Shown piece by piece: positions 23,001 to 32,986 of a stretch of 64,000 bases of DNA. The translations under genes and the position numbers were made by a program. Position 1 is the first letter of the stretch. Every line of letters begins with the position of its first letter. The DNA is from a bacterium. GTDB taxonomy: Bacteria > T1Sed10-126. The stretch spans positions 19,272 to 83,271 of the forward strand of contig PWHN01000050.1 of assembly GCA_003554945.1 (NCBI GenBank). Reading direction: 5' to 3'. Below the pieces are notes generated by a model that was given only the letters and a program-made list of their open reading frames with translations, made no database searches and was not told where the DNA came from.

Positions 23001-23594
23001 GGTAGTCGATTCAATACGCCGCTCACGGTCTATACTAATTTTCATGCGGTGGCGCGCATCAATATCAATAGTTACCCAGGTTCCTATGTAAGGAACAATT
23101 TTACAGGTAAATCGTTCCTTAGAATCGTCGTAATCGTAAATTACACCTGGCGAACGAATAAGTTGACTGGTAATTATACGCTCGGTGCCATTAACAACGA
23201 ACGATCCCGTAGGAGTCATATAAGGGTAATCACCAAGAAAGACGTCCTCTTCGATTATCTCGCCGGTATCCTTAAAAATCAGTCGCATACGTGCCGTGAT
23301 GGGTACGGAGTAAGTAATTCCTCGTTCCTTACACTCCTGTGGAGTATGCTCGACTTCACCTACTTCATATTGCTCGTATTCAAGGGAGATTTCGTCATTT
23401 TCGATTGGGAAGGTGGACTGCAGAGCATCTTCAAAACCCTGTCTTTTGCGCTCCTCAGGAGCAACGTCCGGCTGTAGAAACCAGTCGTAATGTCGCCGCT
23501 GAATACGCAACAGATCGCCTTCCTCATGTACTTCCTCCAGAGAACTAAAATCGAGAACGTCCTCACCTTCGCGCTTCCACTGGTCAATTACCAT
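20013..23594 (-). CDS. rpoB: DNA-directed RNA polymerase subunit beta (1193 aa)
   Basis: A conserved beta core with an acidic insertion ([28 protein letters not shown]). Confidence 0.97.
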   Translation of the reverse strand: MVIDQWKREGEDVLDFSSLEEVHEEGDLLRIQRRHYDWFLQPDVAPEERKRQGFEDALQSTFPIENDEISLEYEQYEVGEVEHTPQECKERGITYSVPITARMRLIFKDTGEIIEEDVFLGDYPYMTPTGSFVVNGTERIITSQLIRSPGVIYDYDDSKERFTCKIVPYIGTWVTIDIDARHRMKISIDRERRIESTTFLRILPEDPEDPESDYIMPTNEDIVEHFYDTKVVSVDGGDSLIFEYLAEPILEEVVETETVEEDEAEEEGEAEEEEEETGPQYNIVHPAGQRIDKKVVRDMQDLGYDEIKIVDREDQINPVILNTLAKDPTTEPDEAFKRLFKLLRPNDPYSVENAREYIYGAFFDEDRIDLERVGRFKINKKLGHKGLEEEDLQERTLSPEDILAIFEYFIKIADGDGEIDDIDHLSNRRVRTIGELLYQQTKTGLSRVERSIEDKLNMHVQDDERPTPARLINIKPLTADLQEFFGTGSLSQFMDQTNPLDELTHKRRLSALGPGGLSRERAGFDVRDVHHTHYGRICPIETPEGPNIGLIVSLATFARVNDLGFLETPYRVVKDGKVTDEIVFLDADEEDQANIAAAGTETNDKGEFTKELIRARSADEFELVHRGEIDYIDVSPRQIVSISTSCIPFLENDDANRALMGSNMQRQAVPLVNTKRSMVATGVEGKAARDSGSVVVAQRDGEVVKCDSRRIWVEVDEELEEDQIDKQTGEIIAEAGENRIDIYPLMKYKRSNQGMCFNQTPIVDIGDKVEAGSVLADGPATSQGELALGRDVKVAFMPWEGYNFEDAILVSERLVTEDVFTSIHIEELEIAARETKVGKEEITRDIPSQSKQALRDLDDEGIIKIGSYVEPGDLLVGKVTPKSHVDLSPEYKLLHSIFGEKAKDVKDTSLTVPHGTKGVVVDVKEFSRENNDDLEAGVEKKVKVYVADKRKIGVGDKLAGRHGNKGVISKILPKEDMPFTEAGEPVDVVLNPLGVPSRMNLGQVLETHLTLALEELGYRVIAPVFEGPTDEDIADILEEAGYPRDGKVPLRDGRTGDYFDQKVTIGNMHIMKLEHLAEDKVHARSIGPYSLVTQQPLGGKAQFGGQRLGEMEVWALEAYGAAHTLREFLTVKSDDVSGRSRTYASIVKGEESFVPGVPESFNVLLKEMQGLGLDIRVFDEKDRELNIDEMVTE

Positions 23595-23693
23595 ACTACG
23601 TAACCTCCTACGGGTACACAGGAATAATATCCAACCATGGATATATCCTGATTATTAATCTGAGTCCGTTTACAGCCAGGCCAACAACCTGTG

Positions 23694-24089
23694 TTACTTA
23701 AGTTCAACCGTGGCGCCGGCGGCCTCAAGCTGTTCTTTAATTTCTTCGGCGTCCTCGCGAGCGAGACTTTCTTTAACTGCGTTGGGGGCTTCCTCAACGA
23801 GCTGTTTAGCCTCTTTTAGGCCGAGGTCCGTAATAGCACGCACCTCTTTAATAACCTGGATCTTGCTGTCGCCAAAATCAGCGAGAACGACGTCAACCAT
23901 GCTGTCACCTTCGTCTTCTTCTTCGTCGGCTCCAGCCGCTGGTACCGCTGCAACAGCACCTGCCATCGCTCCGGCTTCAACATCAAATCGTTCTTCAATT
24001 TCTTCCACGAGTTCAGACAGTTCTAAAACTGTCATCTCCTCAATAGAATCAATAATTTCATCTTTACTCAACGTAGCCATCAAACTCAC
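23694..24089 (-). CDS. rplL: 50S ribosomal protein L7/L12
   Basis: 131 aa with an Ala-rich hinge and an acidic C-terminal domain. Confidence 0.93.
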   Translation of the reverse strand: MSLMATLSKDEIIDSIEEMTVLELSELVEEIEERFDVEAGAMAGAVAAVPAAGADEEEDEGDSMVDVVLADFGDSKIQVIKEVRAITDLGLKEAKQLVEEAPNAVKESLAREDAEEIKEQLEAAGATVELK

Positions 24090-24883
24090 TCCTCCTGATC
24101 TTCTTTTTGATTTTTAACTTGGTTCAACAGATTAGTCAATTTAACTATCGGATTCTTCAAATATTGTGCAAGCTTCTGTAGCGGTGAATTAAGCCCCATT
24201 GCCACACTGGTTAGCAGTTCGTGGCGCGAAGGCAACTCCGCTATGCGTTCCATCTCTTCAGCATCAAAAAACTCCCGATCAATAATACCCGCCTTCAACT
24301 GAGGATTTTCATACTCTTCCTGAAACTCAACAATGACTTCAGCCATGCGACTCAAATTGCTATCCCCAAAAACAATCGCTGTATTTCCTTTCAGAAGAGC
24401 ATCCACCTTATCCAGTAGACCGTTGCCTTTTTCCGAAAGCTCCAAACTTTCAGCAGCACTGCCACCGGCAAGTTCTTCAGCCGAGTCCAGTATTTTCTCA
24501 GCCATGGCGGGCCCAATCCCGGAGATATCCTGAAGTCCTTCCTGGCCGGTTTCTATTACCTCAGCAACGCTTTCCAGACCGGCTTCTGCAAGTGTTTCGG
24601 CCTTGGACGGGCCAACCCCCTCGAGGTCAGTTAACTCCGGCGTATCTTCCGATTCGTCAGCAGCGGCCTCCACCGGATCCGAATCGCCCACCTGTGCGAA
24701 AGCCCGGCGGGCCAGCCGGTTTTTTACAACGTGAAAACTGGCATCGTTTTCATAAAGTTCCCGCCTCAGCTTCTCCGTCTCTTCGACCGTCATCCCTCTA
24801 AAATTGGTAAAAACCATGTAACTATTATCTTCAATCAGGGTCTGTAGTTCTTCAACCCATTCAACTTTTCGCGCTTTTACCAT
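24086..24883 (-). CDS. rplJ: 50S ribosomal protein L10 with a ~98-aa internal (HhH)2-like insertion
   Basis: The L10 core is recognisable on both sides (…[16 protein letters not shown] / [23 protein letters not shown]…). Inserted residues ~67-164 contain [19 protein letters not shown] and [16 protein letters not shown]. Confidence 0.85.
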   Translation of the reverse strand: MVKARKVEWVEELQTLIEDNSYMVFTNFRGMTVEETEKLRRELYENDASFHVVKNRLARRAFAQVGDSDPVEAAADESEDTPELTDLEGVGPSKAETLAEAGLESVAEVIETGQEGLQDISGIGPAMAEKILDSAEELAGGSAAESLELSEKGNGLLDKVDALLKGNTAIVFGDSNLSRMAEVIVEFQEEYENPQLKAGIIDREFFDAEEMERIAELPSRHELLTSVAMGLNSPLQKLAQYLKNPIVKLTNLLNQVKNQKEDQEE

Positions 24884-24907
24884 CGTCTTTTTACCTCCCT
24901 AACTCGG

Positions 24908-25609
24908 TTACGCCAGTTCCCAGGCCGCGGCGGGATCAATCTCTATCCCCGGCGACATGGAGGAGGCCAGCGTAATGGAATCTATGTATTGCCCGCGTGA
25001 AATTCCGGGCGGTTTTTCTTCAATAACAAATTTAAGGACAGCTTTCAGGTTGTCAGCCAGAGCAGAATCATCCATCTCATCAGTTCCCACAGGAGCATGA
25101 ATTATCCCCTGACTGTCGTTACGAAGCTCGACCTGCCCTTGCTTTATTTTTTCAACAGCATCAGCCACATCGAAAGTAACGGTACCGGCCTTGTTGTTCG
25201 GCATTAGCCCTCGAGGACCCAACACAGGTCCCAATTGACCAACCTCACCCATCATATCTGGTGTTGCAACAGCCGCGTCAAAATCAAGCCAGCCGTCTGC
25301 AACCTTTTCAATCAGTTCTTCGTCACCGACAACGTCGGCGCCAGCATCCTCGGCCTCTTTCTGTTTCTCACCGGAAGCAAATATAATCACTTTTGTTTCC
25401 TGACCGGTTCCGGCGGGCAAAACAATAGACCTACGTATTTGCTGATCTGCCTGAGTCGGGTCAATGTTCAACTTGACGTGACACTCGATGGTTTCAACAA
25501 AGTTGGCCGTCGCTGCCTCTTTGACCGCTTCAATTCCAGCCTCAACACCCAGCCGGTCCGCGGACATTTGCTCTTTCAAATCAACGTATCTTTTGCTTCT
25601 AACAGTCAT
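24908..25609 (-). CDS. rplA: 50S ribosomal protein L1
   Basis: 233 aa; operon position. Confidence 0.92.
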   Translation of the reverse strand: MTVRSKRYVDLKEQMSADRLGVEAGIEAVKEAATANFVETIECHVKLNIDPTQADQQIRRSIVLPAGTGQETKVIIFASGEKQKEAEDAGADVVGDEELIEKVADGWLDFDAAVATPDMMGEVGQLGPVLGPRGLMPNNKAGTVTFDVADAVEKIKQGQVELRNDSQGIIHAPVGTDEMDDSALADNLKAVLKFVIEEKPPGISRGQYIDSITLASSMSPGIEIDPAAAWELA

Positions 25610-26064
25610 GCTGCATCACCTGATTGTCGACCTTCGATTTCTATCCCCATGCTGCGAGCAGTTCCGGCTATAATCTTCATGCCCTGCTCGACAGTGTAAG
25701 CGTTCAAGTCGGGAAGTTTTGTTTCAGCAATATCTTTGAGCTCTTCAGTACTAACGCTACCGACCTTGTTCTTGTTCGGTTCGCCGGAAGCTTTAACCAG
25801 TCCTGCCTTCCGTTTGAGCAGAACTGAAGCCGGTGGAGTTTTAGTTATAAAATCAAAGCTGCGATCCTGATATACAGTTATCTCAACAGGAATGATAATC
25901 CCCGGATCAGCGTCCGCAGTTTTTTCATTAAAAGCGTTGCAGAACTCCATGATATTAATACCATGCTGACCGAGAGCTGGACCAACCGGCGGCGCCGGAT
26001 CAGCCTGTCCCGCAGGTATTTGAAGTTTAATCTGAGCTTCTACTGGTTTTTCTGATTCTGGCAT
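25606..26064 (-). CDS. rplK: 50S ribosomal protein L11
   Basis: Contains [26 protein letters not shown]. Confidence 0.93.
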   Translation of the reverse strand: MPESEKPVEAQIKLQIPAGQADPAPPVGPALGQHGINIMEFCNAFNEKTADADPGIIIPVEITVYQDRSFDFITKTPPASVLLKRKAGLVKASGEPNKNKVGSVSTEELKDIAETKLPDLNAYTVEQGMKIIAGTARSMGIEIEGRQSGDAA

Positions 26065-26079
26065 AACAAATCCCTCAAT

Positions 26080-26700
26080 CTATAATTTTTCGGCCTGATC
26101 AAAATTTAACTCAACCGGTGTCGAACGACCAAACATGTCTACCGACACCTTAATTTTTGCCCGTTCAATGTCAACGTCTTTTACTGTTCCAGTCATCTCT
26201 TCCATTGCTCCAGCAATAATACGCACGGTGGCGCCCGGCTCGAATTTAACCTGCGGCTCAACTCCGCCCATTTCAATCTGCTGCAGCACGTCGCCCATTT
26301 CAGTCTGGCGAACTGGAATAGGTTCAAGCTGTGTTCCCACGAAACCGGTTATACCGCGCGTCTGACGCACAAAATGCCAGTTGTCTTCTGTCATTTTCAT
26401 TTTAATGAACATGTAGCCGGGGTAAAGCTGCTTCTCTACTTCCTGCTTCTCACCCTGGCGAATTTCCATAACTTCCTGCGTCGGAACAATCACCCGGTCA
26501 ATAACATCTGATTTGCCTTCCTCTTCTACACGGTCAAGAAGTCTCTCCCGGGTTTTTTCTTCCTGCCCGGCAAACGTATGCAGGACAAACCAATCCATTT
26601 CTTCCTCTTCTTCTGTTGCTTCAGCAACTTCGGTTTCATCCGCACCGGCATCTTCTTCAACCACGTCTTCGGACGTCACCGGTTCAGTTTCTGCACTCAT
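26080..26700 (-). CDS. nusG: transcription termination/antitermination factor NusG with an acidic N-terminal extension
   Basis: NGN and KOW domains follow a ~34-aa E/D-rich leader. Position after secE. Confidence 0.9.
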   Translation of the reverse strand: MSAETEPVTSEDVVEEDAGADETEVAEATEEEEEMDWFVLHTFAGQEEKTRERLLDRVEEEGKSDVIDRVIVPTQEVMEIRQGEKQEVEKQLYPGYMFIKMKMTEDNWHFVRQTRGITGFVGTQLEPIPVRQTEMGDVLQQIEMGGVEPQVKFEPGATVRIIAGAMEEMTGTVKDVDIERAKIKVSVDMFGRSTPVELNFDQAEKL

Positions 26701-26721
26701 AAATCATCGCTCCTCATTTTT

Positions 26722-26931
26722 TCACCTGAACATCTGCGTCAGATAGACAAACATCTGACCAAAGATAAAATCCAGCAATCCCACGAAGACCATAAAAAAT
26801 AATGCACAGGCCAGAACAAGCAGGGTTGATTCAAAAAGTTTTTTTGAATCAGGCCAATTTATCCGACCGCCCGGCTTAGCTTCCAACCAGACCTCGTGGA
26901 AAAATTTTTTCATTTTTTTAAACCAACTCAA
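26722..26931 (-). CDS. secE: preprotein translocase subunit SecE
   Basis: 69 aa with a single C-terminal TM; operon position. Confidence 0.85.
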   Translation of the reverse strand: MSWFKKMKKFFHEVWLEAKPGGRINWPDSKKLFESTLLVLACALFFMVFVGLLDFIFGQMFVYLTQMFR

Positions 26932-27017
26932 TTTAAACCACCCAACTCATACTTTGACAAAAAAATATCCCCTTCGCCCCGCACCTAATCTAGATCGCCC
27001 TTCACTTGTACTTATAA

Positions 27018-27094
27018 TGGCAGGCCCGCCGGGAGTCGAACCCGGAACCTCCGGATTTGGAATCCGGCGCTCTCCCAGTTCGAGCTACGGACCT
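27018..27094 (-). tRNA. tRNA-Trp (CCA anticodon)
   Basis: I folded it by hand: AGGTCCG acceptor stem, GCTC/GAGC D stem, anticodon loop TTCCAAA, T arm GGTTCGACTCC, and an encoded 3' CCA. Confidence 0.9.
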
Positions 27095-27304
27095 TCTATC
27101 TATTATCTTATGTTTGATGTGACGTTACCGGCAGGAGTTTTTCAGACCAATTCTGGTAAGGCCTTGCTTAATCTGCAACCCCTCTGTTAGGTAACCTGCT
27201 CGGACAGCTTATTAAACCAGCTTATGAGGCACATTTTTCCTGCCCAAATATAATAGCTGAATAGTTTAACAAATCAAGAATAAAATAGCAAAGAAAAAAT
27301 TTAA

Positions 27305-27378
27305 AGCCGAGGATGGGATTCGAACCCACGACCTCATCCTTACCATGGACGCGCTCTACCGGACTGAGCTACCTCGGC
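27305..27378 (-). tRNA. tRNA-Thr (GGT anticodon)
   Basis: Hand fold: GCCGAGG/CCTCGGC acceptor stem, anticodon loop ATGGTAA, T loop TTCGAAT. No CCA is encoded. Confidence 0.88.
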
Positions 27379-27455
27379 ACAGCGATGTTATATTCTATCT
27401 TACCAGGACGTCAAATTCAAATAGAACTTTCCTACCAGGAAAATAATAATTAGTG

Positions 27456-27535
27456 CCTCTCCGAAAAGTCCCCTCTCCCCTGGAGGGAGAGGGCTAGGGT
27501 GAGGGGGAGGAGATGTTTAACCCTTTTCGGAGAGG
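27456..27535. repeat. 80-nt palindromic repeat element, second copy of the R1 core
   Basis: 13-bp perfect inverted repeats CCTCTCCGAAAAG and CTTTTCGGAGAGG flank TCCCCTCTCCCCTGGAGGGAGAGGGCTAGGGTGAGGGGGA, the same core as at 4609-4648. Confidence 0.6.
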
Positions 27536-27541
27536 GTTTGA

Positions 27542-28828
27542 TTAGAGGAAGGAGCGACGACGATTTAACTTCACAAACAGACCTACCATTACCCAGTTGA
27601 CTATGAGAAAGCTTCCGCCGTAACTAACAAAAGGCAGCGGCAAACCACTAATCGGGGTTAAGCCAATTGCCATACCGATCCCAATTATCAGATGAGCTAT
27701 CCAGACGATACCGATTCCAGAGAAAAAATAAAATATCCACCACTCATCAGCAAGCGCGGCGGCTGAAAATACTCCGTAAATTACCAGTAAGTAACACAGG
27801 ACTATAAATATCGCAAACAGTGCCCCAAATTCCTCCACGCCAACAGAAAAAATAAAATCTGTCCACAGCTCCGGGATAAAACCAAGCTGACTCTGGGTCC
27901 CGCTCATATATCCCTGCCCAAACCAGCCGCCCGACCCTATTGCTATCTGTGACTGAATTAAACTGTATCCTCCTTCTCGTGAGACAGCAAAAGGATTGAA
28001 AAATGATTCCAACCTTTCACGTTGATAGGGAGCCAGCGACGGGATGAGCATCGTTCCTATGATTATCCCCGTGAGCAGCAAACAGATGTAGCCTGCAAAG
28101 TTAACGTTGCGTCGCTTAAAATAGGGAATCACAACCGTAACCAGTAATAAGACGCCCAGGGTGAACCAGAATACAAGTCCAATTTGTGCAGGCAGCTCTA
28201 CAACAGCCTGCACAATACGCTCTGTATTTCCCTCAAACGGCGCCAAAACCAGAGATCCTCCAATCGCTCCACCAGTTCCTAAGACTACCAGCGCTATCCC
28301 TTCCTGCCACCAGCCACTAATAAAAAACCAGCCACAGACTATAGCCAGAAAAACAAGCACCGTCCCCAGGTTTGGCTGCAGGAAAATCAAAACCACAGGC
28401 ACTGCCGCCACCGCCAGAATATAGAATATCCCCCGGAAACGGCTAAGCTGTTGTGCTTCTATCTTTTCAGATATACCGGCCAGAGTTAAGAGCAAAAATA
28501 GTTTCATCACCTCGGAAGTCTGCAGGTTGAAACGCCACAGACTAAGCCAGCGCTGTCCCCCCCGGGCATCGACTCCGAAAAACAGCGTAAGTACAAGCAG
28601 AGCAACTCCAAAAAAATACAATAACCACCTGTAGCGATAAAATCCCGATGCGACCGTCCAATTAATAACAAGAGCAAGGCTAAGACCGGTCAAAAACCAG
28701 GACGCCTGCTTAAACGCCAACTCAAATCCAAAAACTCTATGGCTGGCACTATAAATTAACGCTATTCCCACCAGGGAGAGAACTATCGCAATAGAAAAGA
28801 CAATAACATTAGAAGCACGCCGTCTCAC
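27542..28828 (-). CDS. rodA: SEDS-family peptidoglycan glycosyltransferase (RodA/FtsW)
   Basis: A 428-aa polytopic protein with the C-terminal GLPLPFVSYGGS motif, located downstream of mrdA. Confidence 0.85.
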   Translation of the reverse strand: MRRRASNVIVFSIAIVLSLVGIALIYSASHRVFGFELAFKQASWFLTGLSLALVINWTVASGFYRYRWLLYFFGVALLVLTLFFGVDARGGQRWLSLWRFNLQTSEVMKLFLLLTLAGISEKIEAQQLSRFRGIFYILAVAAVPVVLIFLQPNLGTVLVFLAIVCGWFFISGWWQEGIALVVLGTGGAIGGSLVLAPFEGNTERIVQAVVELPAQIGLVFWFTLGVLLLVTVVIPYFKRRNVNFAGYICLLLTGIIIGTMLIPSLAPYQRERLESFFNPFAVSREGGYSLIQSQIAIGSGGWFGQGYMSGTQSQLGFIPELWTDFIFSVGVEEFGALFAIFIVLCYLLVIYGVFSAAALADEWWIFYFFSGIGIVWIAHLIIGIGMAIGLTPISGLPLPFVSYGGSFLIVNWVMVGLFVKLNRRRSFL

Positions 28829-28831
28829 TTT

Positions 28832-30601
28832 TTAATTCTCCTCCGTAAAGTAACCCAATTTTTCCATCTTCAAGTATACGTCCCGCGCCTGTGGCGCGGC
28901 TGTCTGCCCGGCACTCCCCGCCTCGGATAAAAAAACAATAACAACGTATTCAGGACTACTGGCCGGCGCGACCGAAACAAACCAGGCGTCGGCGCTCGGA
29001 GTATCAACATCATCGTCAAGCCTGACCTTTTGCACTGTTCCCGTCTTCCCGGCCACCTCGGTATCAATCGGTTGATAGTCTTCGGTATGCCGGGCCCAGT
29101 AGCCGGTTCCCGATGAAGTCACTTCACCCATTGTGGTCAATAACCGCTCCCTGTTTTCTGCAGACGGAAAATCTGTCTCCTCGTTTTCTACCTCGCCAAC
29201 CAGCCGCGGCACAATATGACGTCCCGTTACCAGGCGTCCTAAAATTTGGGCCTGCTTGATCGGGGAAATTAATGTATAACCCTGGCCAATCACGGTATTT
29301 AACAGCTCACCATCCGTCCATGGTAATCCATACCGTTCGGACAGCAGAGTCGGAGTTGAAAGTTGCGCTGGTCTCTCCCCGGGAATATCAATACCGGCAC
29401 GACCACTGTAATTTAAATCATCTCCAATTTCAGCTATTTTATCGATCTGTAGCTCCTTGGCCAGGTTGTAAAAGTAAACGTTGCAGGAGTGAACCAGGGC
29501 CCGGTGCAGATTAAGTCGCCCGTGACCCTCTTCCCGCCAGCAGCCAAATTCTTCGCGTCCAAGCTCATAATAGCCCGGACAGCCAAAAATAGTGGCGGGA
29601 TCAAAATTATTTTCAAGAGCCGCCATGTAAGGAATAATTTTGAACGAAGAAGCTGGTGGATAACGACTGTGAACCGCCCGATTAACGAGCGGGTCGTCTT
29701 CCTCCAGGAATAACTGCCTGATTTCCTCGCGATTACCGCGAACAAATTTGTTTGGATCATAAGCGGGCTGAACAAATAAAGAGCGTACCCGACCCGAAGG
29801 GATTTCCATTACTACCACGGCCCCCTCGGAATCCGAATCAAAAGTCGCCTTTACTTCTTTTTGCAGCTCCAGATCCAGATTTAACTGCAGATCGTTCCCT
29901 GCCTGTGGAGCAATTGGCGAGGGTGAGTCAAGAGTTCGTATGTATTCCCCGGTAGCGGTTGTCTCTATCCAGCGAAGACCGTCTTCACCGCGCAAATATC
30001 TGTCATAAGAGCTTTCGACTCCGCGCTTCCCGACAATATCACCCTGAGCCAGCCCCTCACCACGCCGGCGGACCAGTTCCTGGCGTCCAATTTCTCCGGT
30101 ATAGCCCACCACCGGACCGACAACCTCACCGTAATCATAAACGCGGCGGGGAAATACATTAATTTTCAAACCCGGGAATTGGGCCGATTTTTCTTCAAAT
30201 CTTATCTTCTGCTGATCCGATAGATCACGAAGAATAAAACGGCGCTCAGGATCCGCAAGACGACCGGACAGCTTATTTGCATCCACCTCCAGGAGATCGG
30301 CCAGCCGCTGCACACCCACCATGTCCGGTCCTTCTTTTCCCGGTTCTCTAACCAGTTGAAAAACCGGCTGGTCGGCGGCAAGCACACGGCCTGCTCTGTC
30401 CACAATTTTCCCCCGGGAGGCGGGAATGCTCTCATGTCGTATCCTGTTAACTGCACTCAGTCGCTCAAACTCTTGCCCGAGTTCAAGCTGTAAATAGAAC
30501 ATCCGCCCCAGCACCAGCAAAAGAAAAAGCAGAAGCAGAAGAAAGAGGGGGGATAAACGGCGGGTAAGTTTAAAGCGGTCTTTTTCAGGTATTAATTCCA
30601 T
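28832..30601 (-). CDS. mrdA: penicillin-binding protein 2 (transpeptidase)
   Basis: An N-terminal TM followed by the SSFK, SCN and KTGT motifs. Confidence 0.88.
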   Translation of the reverse strand: MELIPEKDRFKLTRRLSPLFLLLLLFLLLVLGRMFYLQLELGQEFERLSAVNRIRHESIPASRGKIVDRAGRVLAADQPVFQLVREPGKEGPDMVGVQRLADLLEVDANKLSGRLADPERRFILRDLSDQQKIRFEEKSAQFPGLKINVFPRRVYDYGEVVGPVVGYTGEIGRQELVRRRGEGLAQGDIVGKRGVESSYDRYLRGEDGLRWIETTATGEYIRTLDSPSPIAPQAGNDLQLNLDLELQKEVKATFDSDSEGAVVVMEIPSGRVRSLFVQPAYDPNKFVRGNREEIRQLFLEEDDPLVNRAVHSRYPPASSFKIIPYMAALENNFDPATIFGCPGYYELGREEFGCWREEGHGRLNLHRALVHSCNVYFYNLAKELQIDKIAEIGDDLNYSGRAGIDIPGERPAQLSTPTLLSERYGLPWTDGELLNTVIGQGYTLISPIKQAQILGRLVTGRHIVPRLVGEVENEETDFPSAENRERLLTTMGEVTSSGTGYWARHTEDYQPIDTEVAGKTGTVQKVRLDDDVDTPSADAWFVSVAPASSPEYVVIVFLSEAGSAGQTAAPQARDVYLKMEKLGYFTEEN

Positions 30602-30627
30602 CGAATACTCCCCCCAAAAAATTCAGA

Positions 30628-31092
30628 CTAAAACATTTTTCTACGAACATTGTATGCTCTCATAACTCCCGGCTGCATCCAGGCAAAAAAGAACCCCAGA
30701 AACACTGTTATCAGCCAGGGTAATACGGCCGGTAGTGGCGGTCCCTCGAAAAACAAATAACTCAACAAACCACGGCTAATCAAAATAGCAGCAACCACCA
30801 GTAAAAACCCCATAGCTCGGGCCAGCGGCTGACGCCAGTCGACTGATTTTTCTATGACGGTCAGACCAAAAACTCCGAGACCAAGTCCAAATAAAATTGT
30901 CCCCGGCAATAAACCGTGCATCTGTTCCAGTAAAGCTCCGGCTAAAAATGCCCCGGCGAGTACTACAGGTAAGCTTCGGCCACTCACGTAATACCGCAGG
31001 GGCAATAATATTAACAGATAACTGCCAACTCCAACCACAACCAGCGTTAAATCCAGAATATAAATACCAACGATAAACGCTATTTCAATCAT
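30628..31092 (-). CDS. mreD: rod shape-determining protein MreD
   Basis: A small polytopic membrane protein downstream of mreC. I trimmed the start to the internal Met. Confidence 0.7.
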   Translation of the reverse strand: MIEIAFIVGIYILDLTLVVVGVGSYLLILLPLRYYVSGRSLPVVLAGAFLAGALLEQMHGLLPGTILFGLGLGVFGLTVIEKSVDWRQPLARAMGFLLVVAAILISRGLLSYLFFEGPPLPAVLPWLITVFLGFFFAWMQPGVMRAYNVRRKMF

Positions 31093-31903
31093 GACCCACC
31101 AGCACCCAGCCAAATGAGGGTAAGTTTTCCAGGGGCGGTGCCTCAACAAATAAATTTTTACCGGCCCGATCTGCCGCGTCAACTTCAACCACTTCCCTTA
31201 CTCGCCCTACCAATACGTCCGGCGGCGCAATTAAACTCGCTTGCGCTGAATATACACGGGCCCCCGGTTCAACCTCCAGCACTTCTGGAAATTCTTCCAC
31301 TACCATATCTCCCGAACCGCTGCCCTTGAGTACAAACTGCCTGTCCGGTATCCCCTCTATCTTCACACCGACGGTAAATCTTGGATCTCCGGATATTACG
31401 GCCAGACTATGGTCGGCGTAGACTCGTTTAAGCTTACCCCGCAATAGCCAATTATTATCGCTACCAACCTCCAGCAGGGGTTGTCCCTCACGCAAACCCT
31501 GGCGGTAGCCCTTGTTCAGGTAAGTAGTCCGCTCCAGCAGAGATAGGTTTTGACTGACCGACTCAACGGCCACGGGAAAACCGGACGGAACCGGAGGTAG
31601 CTCCAACTGGCGTCTTAATTGACGGCTGTCTTCACGATATACTGTTAATTCTTCCACACTCCGGGCCAATTGTTCACGCTCGCCCCGTAAATCCTGCAGT
31701 TCGCTCATCAGCCGACCACGTGAACGTAGCGCATCCACTGCTGTGCCCACAGTTTGACCCAGCACCCGGTAGCCTCCTGCTACTATACGAAAACCCGGTT
31801 GATAAAATAAGTAGGGGTTAAAATCATAGACCAATGCTCCGGTTAGCAACAAACAGGTGAGCAAAAAATAAATGCCAAAGGCAAACCAACCCTTATAAAT
31901 CAC
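31085..31903 (-). CDS. mreC: rod shape-determining protein MreC
   Basis: An N-terminal TM and a coiled-coil (LQDLRGEREQLARSVEEL) followed by a beta-rich domain. Confidence 0.8.
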   Translation of the reverse strand: MIYKGWFAFGIYFLLTCLLLTGALVYDFNPYLFYQPGFRIVAGGYRVLGQTVGTAVDALRSRGRLMSELQDLRGEREQLARSVEELTVYREDSRQLRRQLELPPVPSGFPVAVESVSQNLSLLERTTYLNKGYRQGLREGQPLLEVGSDNNWLLRGKLKRVYADHSLAVISGDPRFTVGVKIEGIPDRQFVLKGSGSGDMVVEEFPEVLEVEPGARVYSAQASLIAPPDVLVGRVREVVEVDAADRAGKNLFVEAPPLENLPSFGWVLVGHD

Positions 31904-31930
31904 TTTATAACGCTCCCGCGGCGGCGTGCT

Positions 31931-32980
31931 TTAAATATCTCCGGCTGAATGTTCGTTTTCTTTTAACTGCTGTAAATATTTTCCAGATCCACGAACAACA
32001 CTGGTCAGTGGTTCTTCTGAAATAGTTACCGGTAGAGAGGTGTGTTCGGACAGCAACTGGTCCATACCTTTCAGCATCGCGCCTCCACCCGTCAATACTA
32101 TCCCCCTGTCCGTTATGTCGGCGGAGAGTTCCGGAGGAGTCTCCTCCAGCGTTGTTTTGACACTTTCAACTATGGTTTCAATTGGTTCGGCCAGAGCCTC
32201 ACGTATCTCCTCCCCGGTAACCGAGAGAGTCTTGGGCAGCCCGGTAGTTAAATCTCGCCCTTTAATTTCATAGGTTGCTTTATCATACTCCTCGCCCGGG
32301 TAGGCCGAGCCAATTTCCATTTTAACCTCTTCCGCCGTCCGTTCACCCACCATCAGACTGTATGTTCGACGCAGGTAGCTCGCGATTGACTTGTCCATTT
32401 CGTCTCCACCGACTCGCACGGAGCGGGCCACAACTAAACCACCCATAGAAATTACAGATACTTCCGTTGTTCCGCCGCCAATATCAATAACCATGTTGCC
32501 GGCGGGCTCATATACAGGCATCCCCGCCCCTATAGCTGCCGCCAGCGGCTCCTCAATTATATGAATTTCTCGACAGCCGGCATGTTCGGCCGATTCAGTT
32601 ACCGCTCGCTTTTCCACCTCGGTCACTCCGTATGGAACACCAATCACCATACGCGGACTGACAAATTTTCTTCGATTGTGAACCTTGTCAATAAAGTAGC
32701 GTATCATCTTTTCGGTGACGTCAAAATCAGCTATAACACCGTCTCTCATCGGTCGGACGGCTCTTATTTTGGCCGGCGTACGACCAACCATATTCTTGGC
32801 TTTTTCGCCCACCGCCAGTACACGGTCGGCCTCATCGTCCAGAGCCACTATGGAAGGCTCGCTTAATACCACCCCGCGTCCCTTTACGTATACAAGTGTG
32901 TTTGCCGTCCCCAGGTCAATACCCATGTCGTTTGAAAAAAGACTGTAAATGTAATCAATTGGTTGAAACAACAAAATCAA
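31931..32980 (-). CDS. mreB: rod shape-determining protein MreB
   Basis: Contains [16 protein letters not shown] and the actin-fold motifs. The true start is probably a few codons inside the tracked ORF. Confidence 0.93.
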   Translation of the reverse strand: MILLFQPIDYIYSLFSNDMGIDLGTANTLVYVKGRGVVLSEPSIVALDDEADRVLAVGEKAKNMVGRTPAKIRAVRPMRDGVIADFDVTEKMIRYFIDKVHNRRKFVSPRMVIGVPYGVTEVEKRAVTESAEHAGCREIHIIEEPLAAAIGAGMPVYEPAGNMVIDIGGGTTEVSVISMGGLVVARSVRVGGDEMDKSIASYLRRTYSLMVGERTAEEVKMEIGSAYPGEEYDKATYEIKGRDLTTGLPKTLSVTGEEIREALAEPIETIVESVKTTLEETPPELSADITDRGIVLTGGGAMLKGMDQLLSEHTSLPVTISEEPLTSVVRGSGKYLQQLKENEHSAGDI

Positions 32981-32986
32981 CTCCTC

